Below, one piece after another: positions 8,721-16,318 of a stretch of 22,820 nt of DNA; position 1 is the first letter of the stretch, and the number at the start of each line of letters is the position of its first letter. The notes under the pieces were generated by a model. That model saw nothing but the letters and a program-made list of their open reading frames with translations. It made no database searches and had not been told where the DNA came from. Source of the stretch: Bacillota bacterium (GTDB lineage: Bacteria; Bacillota; JAAYKD01); assembly GCA_963666425.2 (NCBI GenBank), contig CAXXTX010000012.1, positions 1 through 22,820 of the forward strand. The letters run 5' to 3'. A program made the position numbers and the translations under genes.

Positions 8721-10001
8721 TCAGGCAGCGGCTTTACGGGCGTTGATCTTGGCGACCTCGTCATCCCAGCCATCGGTGCGAACGTAGGGGTTGGTGCGAG
8801 GTGTCGTCACCATGTTGGCATCAATCTCCAGGCCAATACCTTCAAGGAAATTGATCAGACCAATACGTTCGATCATTTCGCCGGTGCGCTCATGCTCCAG
8901 TGCGTTCTCGGCAAAGAAGTCAATCGACTTCTGCGCAATCTCAACCAGAGCCTCGTAGTCTTCTTCGGTTTTCAGGGGCAAGAACGGCACCACCACCGTG
9001 CCCATCAGGTCACCAATTTTGAGGGTACGTTTGCCGCCCATCAGAATGGTGGCACCTTTGTCAACGCCAGTACCCAGAGCGCCCGTCATAACGTTGATGC
9101 AGTGCATACAACGCACGCAGTTGCCATTGTCAATTTCCAGTGAGTTCGTGTCGCTGACCGCCACTGACGAAATTTTGGCCCCCTGGCAGACATCTTTGCT
9201 TTCCTTGAGCATGATGGCTTTGGTCGGGCAGCGGCTGACCACGTCATTGACCAGCTCGGTCATGCCATGTTTGTCGAACCATTTGCGAGCCAGCGCTTCA
9301 TCGGTACGGATGTTGTCGCGCCAGGTGCCAATCACTGCCATGTCGGCGCGTTGAATGGAGTTCATGCAGTCATTCGGGCAACCCGAAAACTTGAACTTGA
9401 ACTTGTAAGGCAAGGCCGGGCGGTGCATATCATCCAGAAAGGTGTTGAGCACTTGACGATGCGCACGGGCTTCGTCATAACAGGACTGCTCACACCGGGC
9501 AGCCCCCACACACGACATGCTGGTCCGCACGGCCGGGCCGGCCCCCCCCAGATCAAACCCCAACTCGTTCAACTCATCAAACGCCCCTTGCACATTGGCA
9601 GTGCTGGCCCCCTGGAACATGATGTCACCCGACTGGCCGTGAAAAGCGATCAGGCCTGAGCCATGTTTTTCCCAGATGTCACACATTTTGCGTAGCACAT
9701 CGGTGTTGTAGTGCATGCCTGCGGGCGGCTGAATCCGCAAGGTGTGAAACTCCTTGGAAGCCGGAAACATCTCGGCCACTTCGGAGAAACGTGGAATCAC
9801 CCCGCCCCCGTAGCCAAACACACCAACCGTGCCGCCCTTCCAATACCCTTTGCGGGTTTTGTAGGAGTGCTCCAGCTGACCCATCAGGTCAGTCATGTAC
9901 TCACTGTCTTTGGCCAGGCGTTTCAGGCCTGTCACAAAACTGGGCCACGGACCGCTTTCAAGCTGGTCGAGCATGGGGGTGTCATGTTGCTTCTTGCTCA
10001 T
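8721..10001 (-). CDS. dsrA: Reverse dissimilatory sulfite reductase alpha subunit
   Basis: TPMLDQLESGPWPSFV, WKGGTVGVFGYGGG, siroheme-[4Fe-4S] Cys motifs CVGAARC and SGCPNDC, and CVRCMHC. Confidence 0.98.
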   Translation of the reverse strand: MSKKQHDTPMLDQLESGPWPSFVTGLKRLAKDSEYMTDLMGQLEHSYKTRKGYWKGGTVGVFGYGGGVIPRFSEVAEMFPASKEFHTLRIQPPAGMHYNTDVLRKMCDIWEKHGSGLIAFHGQSGDIMFQGASTANVQGAFDELNELGFDLGGAGPAVRTSMSCVGAARCEQSCYDEARAHRQVLNTFLDDMHRPALPYKFKFKFSGCPNDCMNSIQRADMAVIGTWRDNIRTDEALARKWFDKHGMTELVNDVVSRCPTKAIMLKESKDVCQGAKISSVAVSDTNSLEIDNGNCVRCMHCINVMTGALGTGVDKGATILMGGKRTLKIGDLMGTVVVPFLPLKTEEDYEALVEIAQKSIDFFAENALEHERTGEMIERIGLINFLEGIGLEIDANMVTTPRTNPYVRTDGWDDEVAKINARKAAA

Positions 10002-10289
10002 CGAGTGTCTCCTGTCATGGGGCGCAGGGCTTGCGCTGATCGGTCGAACCGGGCGTTTTGGTCAATCACACTGGGCAGTGCACATTGATCAAATCTGGGC
10101 TAAATCGTAGGAGCCAGCGCCACAGTTCACCATCCCCCTCGTTGGGTATTTAGGGCTACCCATTTGGGCTATACCGCCCCACCCGTCCCGGTAATAGACG
10201 ATCAGCCCCTCTATTGCGCCCAATAGAGGCCTAGGCAATTTGCTTGGCATTGAGCCTGACAAATGTTGACTGATCTCACCCAACAACCC
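10002..10289. promoter_or_regulatory. Divergent promoter region between dsrA and the cas6-containing operon, with dyad elements
   Basis: Head-to-head gene layout. Perfect inverted repeat CCTCTATTG-CGCC-CAATAGAGG (10208-10229) and TGGGTA-N8-TACCCA (10143-10162). Promoter boxes were not confidently located. Confidence 0.55.
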
Positions 10290-10529
10290 ATGAACACCCT
10301 CACGCCCCTTGCCAAACTGACCATTCCCATCGGTGGGCAAGTCATTGAATTGCAGCAACTCGACTACGAGGCCGGTGGCATGAGCCTGCTGCGCACCCGC
10401 ATTCGTGAAAAAAGCCGCTTCACCGTGTTTGACATTGACCCGCAATCGGCCCAGCTCTGGGGCGAAGCCTTGCTGCGCTGGGCGCAAGCACAACCCGCAG
10501 CCATGCCGGATGCAGAGGTGTCTTCATGA
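10290..10529 (+). CDS. Small conserved hypothetical protein (DUF6967-like, from memory)
   Basis: 79 aa containing GGMSLLRTRIREKSRFTVFDID. Its stop overlaps the cas6 start (ATGA). Alternative start at 10263. Confidence 0.75.
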   Translation: MNTLTPLAKLTIPIGGQVIELQQLDYEAGGMSLLRTRIREKSRFTVFDIDPQSAQLWGEALLRWAQAQPAAMPDAEVSS

Positions 10530-11140
10530 GCTTGAACCCAGTGCTTGAGAGCACATCGGTCGATGTGGTTTTCCCTCTGGAAGGGGCGTTTCTGCCGCGT
10601 GATCACGCCCAAGTGCTAAAAGATGCGCTGTGCCACCAATGGCCGTTTCTTGAACAGGAAAGCCAGGTTGGCATTCACGCCGTGAAACTCGTCAGCGGCT
10701 GCGATGAACCCGCCCTGCTGTCACGTCGCACCAAGCTGTTGCTGCGCGTCCCCACCCTGCTGGCCGCTGAATTGCTGACCACACAAGGCGTTGATTTGCG
10801 CGTAGATGGCCAAACCCTGCGCCTGGGCCAGCCCCATACCCGCGAATTGCAGCCCCATGCCACCTTGTATGCCTACCAGGTGGCCGCCAGCAGCGCCGAT
10901 GAAGTGGCCTTCATGGCGGATGTGACACGCGAGCTGGCGAGCCTGGAGATTGCGGGTGAACGGGTCTGCGGCAAACACCAGCACATGACACTGAGCGGCG
11001 CTGTGGTGAACACCTTCAGCCTGATGCTGCATGGCTTGCGGCCAGAACAATCCTTGCGCGTGCAAGAACACGGCATTGGCCCACACCGGCTTCTCGGGTG
11101 TGGGCTGTTTATTCCTCACAAATCCGCAGCAGCGGTATGA
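10526..11140 (+). CDS. cas6: Orphan Cas6-family RAMP protein (type I-MYXAN Cas6/Cmx6-like)
   Basis: N-terminal VDVVFPLEGAFLPRDH, GIHAV, LSRRTKLLLRVP, SLRVQEHG, and the C-terminal Cas6 G-rich loop GIGPHRLLGCGLF (GhGxxxxxGhG). Confidence 0.88.
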   Translation: MSLNPVLESTSVDVVFPLEGAFLPRDHAQVLKDALCHQWPFLEQESQVGIHAVKLVSGCDEPALLSRRTKLLLRVPTLLAAELLTTQGVDLRVDGQTLRLGQPHTRELQPHATLYAYQVAASSADEVAFMADVTRELASLEIAGERVCGKHQHMTLSGAVVNTFSLMLHGLRPEQSLRVQEHGIGPHRLLGCGLFIPHKSAAAV

Positions 11141-11168
11141 ATTTTCAACTGACAAAAGGAGACAAAAC

Positions 11169-11498
11169 ATGGGTTACAGCATCAATGGCACCGAAGTTGA
11201 GGCCGACGAGCAAGGTTTTCTAATGGAGCCACTGTATGACGATGAAGCCGTGCGGGTGATTGCGCAGGCCGAAAACATCAGCCTGACCGATGCCCACTGG
11301 GAAGTGGTGAACTACCTGCGTGAAGAATACCGCGAGCACGGCCACACCCCCAACTTTCGTAACATGCTAAAGGGTTTTGCCGAAATTCACCCCGGTGTGG
11401 ACAGCAAATACCTGTACGACTTGTTCCCCATTGGCCCAGCCAAACAAGGCCCCAAAGTGGCCGCCTTGCCGCAGCCCTTGGGCAAAGGTGGTTACTAA
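11169..11498 (+). CDS. DsrC/TusE-family paralogue lacking both C-terminal cysteines (RspA-type)
   Basis: DEQGFL, LTDAHWEVVNYLREEY, YLYDLFPIGPAKQ, ending GPKVAALPQPLGKGGY. The protein contains no Cys. ATG at 11169 follows AAGGAGA. Confidence 0.9.
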   Translation: MGYSINGTEVEADEQGFLMEPLYDDEAVRVIAQAENISLTDAHWEVVNYLREEYREHGHTPNFRNMLKGFAEIHPGVDSKYLYDLFPIGPAKQGPKVAALPQPLGKGGY

Positions 11499-11510
11499 CC
11501 CAAGGACCAT

Positions 11511-12128
11511 ATGGCCAACATCAGAATCAAAAGCCAGTGGTTTCGTGATGGCCCGGCCAAAACGCCACAGCAAAACGCCAGCGCCATGGCCTTCATCACC
11601 TGGCGTGTGGCACAAAACACGCTCAAACAAATGCGCAGCGCCAGTTTTGACATTGAGATCGGGCCACAGTACTTTGCCTTCACCCGCGAAGTCTTGGTGT
11701 TTTTGATTCAGGTGATTGACCGCATGGCCAATGAACGTATGGATGCCGACTTGCGTGCTGAGTTCATGACGGCACTGGTATTGCGCGTGGCAGAAGTCCT
11801 GCAAGACAACGAAGACGGCCTGCTCGGCCCCACTCCAGCCGGACAAGCCAGCTCCCGTGATCAATTCATTGACCTGTTCAACGAATTGGCCGACCACTAT
11901 GCAGACTTTGGCTTCAACACCGATGGCCCGGATTTTGCCTTTGTGCGCTACCTGGGCCATCGCATTGAAGCCCTGATGCCGCAAAAAGACCAGCGCTGGG
12001 TGGTAGATCAAATCATGGCCAGCGAAGTGCCCGATGCCTTTGGCATGATCAAGCGCGGCCTGCAAGGTGTGTTGTCCACCGAGCCACGGCCGCAACGCGC
12101 AGCCCGTGCGGTGGCCTCGGGTGATTAG
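11511..12128 (+). CDS. Conserved hypothetical protein, predicted mostly helical
   Basis: 205-aa ORF with AAGGA RBS, tightly packed in the operon. No recognised motif. Confidence 0.8.
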   Translation: MANIRIKSQWFRDGPAKTPQQNASAMAFITWRVAQNTLKQMRSASFDIEIGPQYFAFTREVLVFLIQVIDRMANERMDADLRAEFMTALVLRVAEVLQDNEDGLLGPTPAGQASSRDQFIDLFNELADHYADFGFNTDGPDFAFVRYLGHRIEALMPQKDQRWVVDQIMASEVPDAFGMIKRGLQGVLSTEPRPQRAARAVASGD

Positions 12129-12130
12129 CC

Positions 12131-13064
12131 ATGACCCAGCCCTTTGACCTCACCCAAGCGTCAGCCTACCAGCGCTGGCGCGATGCCAAGCTGGCCAAAC
12201 TGCCGCGCCAGGCCAGCGACCTGATCGTCGATGTGGTCGACCCCAGATCGCTCCAAAAAGAAGAGCTGCTTGCGCTTATCAAACGGTGCTCAGAGGCCAA
12301 TATGGCCATTTATCGCAGCCCGATCAAAGACGAAGACAAGGCGATTCCCCCTGCGCTTGGGTCAGCAATTGGGCCTGCACCGGCTTGACGGCAACTGGCT
12401 GGCCGATGAAGACGGCGTGTCACCGATTGCGGTGGCCGCCCCGGTGGGTGATCGCCCGGCCTTTATTCCCTACACCAACCGCCCGATCAAGTGGCATACC
12501 GACGGCTATTACCAGCCCCCAGAGCGCCTGATCCGCGCCATGGTTTTGCATTGTGTGCGCCCGGCCAGCAGCGGTGGCGATACCGCGCTGATCGATCATG
12601 AGATGGCCTACATGGCCCTGCGTGATGCCAACCCTGAATGGGTTCGCGCCCTGATGGCCACGGATGCCATGACCATTCCCGAGCGGCTGGACGACGATGG
12701 CATCGCCCGCCCGGCACAGACCGGCCCGGTGTTTGTGGTCGATGCCCAAAGTGGTGAATTACACATGCGCTACACCGCACGCACCCGCAGCATCGTCTGG
12801 AAAAACAATACCGCCACCCAGGAAGCCATCGCCTTTTTGACCGAGTTTCTGGCCAGCGACAGCCCCTGGGTGTGGCGTTTGCGCCTGCAAGCCGGTATGG
12901 GGCTGGTGTGCAACAACGTGCTGCACGACCGCAGCGGTTTTGTCGATGACCCGCTGCACCCCCGGCTGTTGTACCGGGCTCGCTACCTGGATCGCATCAG
13001 CTCTGCGGAAATTTATAACAAATCAGCCTCTAGCGCTTTATTAACATGCGCAAGCAGCTATTAA
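12131..13064 (+). pseudogene. TauD/TfdA-family Fe(II)/2-oxoglutarate dioxygenase-like gene split by a +1 frameshift
   Basis: ORFs 12131-12388 and 12231-13064 join into one 310-aa frame if one C is removed from the C5 run at 12347-12351. Has HxD (WHTDGYY), LHCVRPAxxGG and distal H..R (NNVLHDR). Confidence 0.8.
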
Positions 13065-13073
13065 ATAGATAGT
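13020..13073 (+). repeat. REP-like ~55-bp repeat, copy 1; supplies the last codons and stop of the TauD-like gene
   Basis: AAATCAGCCTCTAGCGC...TGCGCAAGCAGCTAT...ATAGT; four related copies at 16961-19409. Confidence 0.75.
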
Positions 13074-13079
13074 AACACC

Positions 13080-14555
13080 ATGACCCACAAAGTCAGCATC
13101 TGGCGCGCCGCACAACTTCTGGGGATTGCCCGTGGGGTGTTGCAACATCAGGTGCGAGAAGGCACGCTGGTGCTGGAAGACGGCTGGGTGTCCACCGATG
13201 TGCTGGCGCAGCTCTACCCGCATGCCCAACTGGAGGAGTCCGGCATGCTGGAGCGGGTGAGCCAGATTCGCGACGAAGCGTTTGGCAAACGGGTGCGCGA
13301 GCGCCTGTTGCCCAGCCAGGAGGTGTTGGCGCAGCGCATGTTTGCCCAAAGCCAGGAGCTGGCCGACTTGCGCCGCCATTTGCAGCGCTATCACACCCTG
13401 GTGATTGAGTTGCAGCAAAAAATCCGCCAACAATGCCAGCAGCAACCCAGTGCCGTGGCCTGGCTTGAACTGGAACAACAAATCACCCAGGGCTTGGCCC
13501 AGGCCCTGGCGACCGAGCCGGTCGGCATGCTGGAGGTGATGGACGATATGCTCAAAATCATGACCGCCCATGTCACGGTACGCCCCAGCGGGCACGAATT
13601 CTCGGTCGAAGGCCACGCCAATCTGTTGCAAGCCGGTTTGCATTCCGGGCTCAAGCTCAACTACGGCTGTGGCAACGGCAGTTGTGGCATGTGCAAGGTG
13701 CGGGTGATTGACGGCAAGGTGGCCCCCACCCAGCATTCAGACTACATTTTTTCAGAGGCCGAAAAAGCCCAGGGCTACACCCTGATGTGCTGCAACACTG
13801 CCGCCAGCAGCAGCCTCAGTCTGGAGCTGCTCGAAGCCAGTGGCCCACAAGACATTGCGCAACAGCTCATTGTGAGCACGGTGCGTGCCATCACCCCCCT
13901 GGCCCCGGACACCTTGCTGCTGCACTTGCAAACCCCACGCACCCACCGCTTGCGCTTTCTGGCCGGCCAGTCGGTGCAGCTTGGCCTATCCTTGCCGGGG
14001 CAAGGTGACATGTCGGCCATCTACCCGGTGGCCAGTTGCCCCTGTGATGACCGGAACCTGCTGTTTTTTGTGACACGTAACCCGGCTGATGCCTTGGCCA
14101 GCCAACTGTTTGCGGGTCATGTCAAACACGGCACCAGCCTCACGGTGACCGGCCCCAGCGGTGAATTTGTGTTGTCCGCAGGTCACCGGCCGTTGGTTTT
14201 TGCGGCTTGTGATGAAGGTTTTGGACCCATCAAAAGCCTGATCGAATACGCCTTGTCACTGGATGCTGCGCCATCACTGTCCCTGTTTTGGCTGGCCACC
14301 CGCAACGACGGTCACTTTTACGGCAACCAATGCCGTGCCTGGTCTGACGCATTGGATCAGTTCGAGTTTGAGTTGGTCACCCAACCCGATGCTGCCATGG
14401 GAGCCTGGCAAATTGCTCAAGCCATGCGGGCAGATTTGTTTGACATTGACTGCGACTTTTACCTGGCCGGGCCGATGAACTTCATCCAGACTTTGCATGA
14501 TGAATTACGCACCTCGGGCGTGGCCGAATCACAAATTTTTACCCAACTGCTTTGA
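13080..14555 (+). CDS. Fusion protein: N-terminal HTH-like segment, coiled coil, [2Fe-2S] ferredoxin and FAD/NAD-binding reductase-like domains
   Basis: VSIWRAAQLLGIARGVLQHQVREGTL (excisionase/MerR-like HTH); YGCGNGSCGMCK..TLMC ([2Fe-2S]); LRFLAGQ, GPSGEF, GFGPIKSLIE and YLAGP (FNR-like). Confidence 0.85.
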   Translation: MTHKVSIWRAAQLLGIARGVLQHQVREGTLVLEDGWVSTDVLAQLYPHAQLEESGMLERVSQIRDEAFGKRVRERLLPSQEVLAQRMFAQSQELADLRRHLQRYHTLVIELQQKIRQQCQQQPSAVAWLELEQQITQGLAQALATEPVGMLEVMDDMLKIMTAHVTVRPSGHEFSVEGHANLLQAGLHSGLKLNYGCGNGSCGMCKVRVIDGKVAPTQHSDYIFSEAEKAQGYTLMCCNTAASSSLSLELLEASGPQDIAQQLIVSTVRAITPLAPDTLLLHLQTPRTHRLRFLAGQSVQLGLSLPGQGDMSAIYPVASCPCDDRNLLFFVTRNPADALASQLFAGHVKHGTSLTVTGPSGEFVLSAGHRPLVFAACDEGFGPIKSLIEYALSLDAAPSLSLFWLATRNDGHFYGNQCRAWSDALDQFEFELVTQPDAAMGAWQIAQAMRADLFDIDCDFYLAGPMNFIQTLHDELRTSGVAESQIFTQLL

Positions 14556-14977
14556 TGCCGTTGCGCTTACCCACTTTTTTGGCAATGCAAACACCTGCAG
14601 CACACACCACAACATTACCCACCGGGGCAGAAATCCATTCGCAGCCGGTTGCCAACAACATGGCCCTGCCCGATTGCGCCGGTGGCGAGTCTTTTGCCCT
14701 GATGGTGCAAGGCCAAAGCATGGTGCCTGAGTTTCAGGAAGGTGAGATCATTCTGATCGAACCCGAAGGCCTGGCCAAAGAGGGCGCGTATGTGCTGGCC
14801 TGGCACCAGGACGAATGGACGTTCAGGCAACTTTTGCGCAACACTGAGGGCTGGTTGCTGCACGCCCTGAACCCGGCGTTTGAGGATGAAAAGCTGGCTG
14901 ATTTATCGGCCATCAAAGGGGTCATCATCCAGAAAGCCTTGCCGGGCAGACGACGCGCTTCCAAGTTTTATGTCTGA
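14555..14977 (+). CDS. Stand-alone S24 (LexA/UmuD-like) peptidase domain protein
   Basis: FALMVQGQSMVPEFQEGEIILIEP and LHALNPAF. No HTH. ATG overlaps the upstream stop (TGATG); alternative start at 14585. Confidence 0.85.
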   Translation: MPLRLPTFLAMQTPAAHTTTLPTGAEIHSQPVANNMALPDCAGGESFALMVQGQSMVPEFQEGEIILIEPEGLAKEGAYVLAWHQDEWTFRQLLRNTEGWLLHALNPAFEDEKLADLSAIKGVIIQKALPGRRRASKFYV

Positions 14978-15018
14978 AGCCACCCCGACCATCCCCCGCA
15001 ACACCCGCCTCCAACACC

Positions 15019-15237
15019 ATGCCTTATTACATTTACCGCGTCAAACCCTTTGGTCAACTTGAACAGCTCAGTGTCTTTGACAATTTCCCCGATGCCTCCA
15101 GACAAGCCAAAGTGCTGCGCCAGCAGCTTGACCTGCCAGCCACCGACAAGGTGAAAGTGATTTTTGCAGACGATGCTTTTCAAGCAGAAGACCTGCTCTG
15201 CCAGGTGCGCGTGGCGGGGCCCAAGGGTGATGACTGA
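15019..15237 (+). CDS. Small conserved hypothetical protein
   Basis: 72-aa ORF MPYYIYRV...KVIFADDAFQAEDLL, co-oriented with and overlapping the next gene. Confidence 0.7.
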   Translation: MPYYIYRVKPFGQLEQLSVFDNFPDASRQAKVLRQQLDLPATDKVKVIFADDAFQAEDLLCQVRVAGPKGDD

Positions 15238-16207
15238 ATCCAATGCCCAAACATCATTCAGTATGAAGATGTGGAAACACCTCGTCGCCCTTGTGCTGCT
15301 GGTCGCTGCCCACACAACCCAGGCCGTCGAGCCGATCTTCAAAACCGTGAAAGTCACCGACCGGGTGTATGCCCTGGTGGGGGAATTGACCCAGCGCTCC
15401 CCGCGTAATCTGGGCAACAACATGACCTGCGGCTTCATCCTTGCCGATGACGGCGTGGTGGTGGTTGATTCAGGTGGCTCGGCAGAAGGGGCCAAGGCGA
15501 TTGTTCAGGCCGTTCGCGCGGTCACAGACCAGCCGGTGCGCTGGGTCATCAATACCGGTGGACAAGATCACCGCTGGTTTGGCAATGATTATTTTCAGCG
15601 TGTGATCGGGGCCAAGGTGATTGCGTCCGAGCCCGGCGTGCTGGACATGAAAGCCCGTGGGCTCCAGCAATTGGAAGCCGCCCGTACCAACCTGGCCACA
15701 CATTTTGCGGGCACCGTGCTGGCCTACCCGGATGTCACGTTCAGCAAACGCCACAAACTGGCCGTACGTGGCATCCACATTGAGTTGATGGAATCCGGCG
15801 GCGCACACACCCAAGGCGACCTGTTGGTGTGGTTGCCCCAAGAAAAACTGGTGTTCTCGGGTGACATGGTGTTCACTGACCGCCTGCTGGGCATCATGCC
15901 CGGTACGGGCTTGAAATGGATCACCGCCCTGACCTATCTGCGTGATGAATTACACCCCGCAACCGTCATCCCCGGGCACGGCAACGTAGCCACACTGGAA
16001 AAAGCCATGAAAGACAGCCTGGGTTACCTGACCCTGCTGCGCGATGGTGCTGCACGGGCATTTCAAAATGGGGCCTTTGACCCGGTAGAGGCTTCACAGC
16101 AGATTGACCAATCACCCTATGCGTACCTGGAGAACTTTAGCGATACCCAGTTTCGCAGCAACAACGCCATTCACATGGCCGAAGAAGTGTTTGCGGGCAT
16201 GCGCTGA
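15230..16207 (+). CDS. Exported metallo-beta-lactamase-fold protein (SoxH-like)
   Basis: Signal peptide; VVVDSG, VINTGGQDHRWFGN, AHTQGD, FSGD and IPGHG motifs. The start could be 15263. Confidence 0.85.
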   Translation: MTESNAQTSFSMKMWKHLVALVLLVAAHTTQAVEPIFKTVKVTDRVYALVGELTQRSPRNLGNNMTCGFILADDGVVVVDSGGSAEGAKAIVQAVRAVTDQPVRWVINTGGQDHRWFGNDYFQRVIGAKVIASEPGVLDMKARGLQQLEAARTNLATHFAGTVLAYPDVTFSKRHKLAVRGIHIELMESGGAHTQGDLLVWLPQEKLVFSGDMVFTDRLLGIMPGTGLKWITALTYLRDELHPATVIPGHGNVATLEKAMKDSLGYLTLLRDGAARAFQNGAFDPVEASQQIDQSPYAYLENFSDTQFRSNNAIHMAEEVFAGMR

Positions 16208-16318
16208 AGCGTTGGATTGGCAAGCACTGCGCATGAAGGCCCCATTGCCGTGGCATGCGCCTTGCTTATCAGCCCACGCGCACTGCCCCACGCCATGCTC
16301 AAATTTGAAAGACCCGTC

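Noticed and set aside
207-10110. Many plus-strand ORFs over the dsr genes (e.g. 2027-2785, 5147-6046)
   Set aside because: Antisense shadows of well-supported GC-rich genes, with no recognisable motifs.
10244-10260. Sigma-54 promoter-like TTGGCATTGAGCCTGAC
   Set aside because: The -24 element fits but the -12 position reads GA rather than GC; too weak to call.
10266-10279. FNR-like site TTGAC-N4-CTCAC
   Set aside because: Three mismatches to TTGAT-N4-ATCAA and very close to the start codon.
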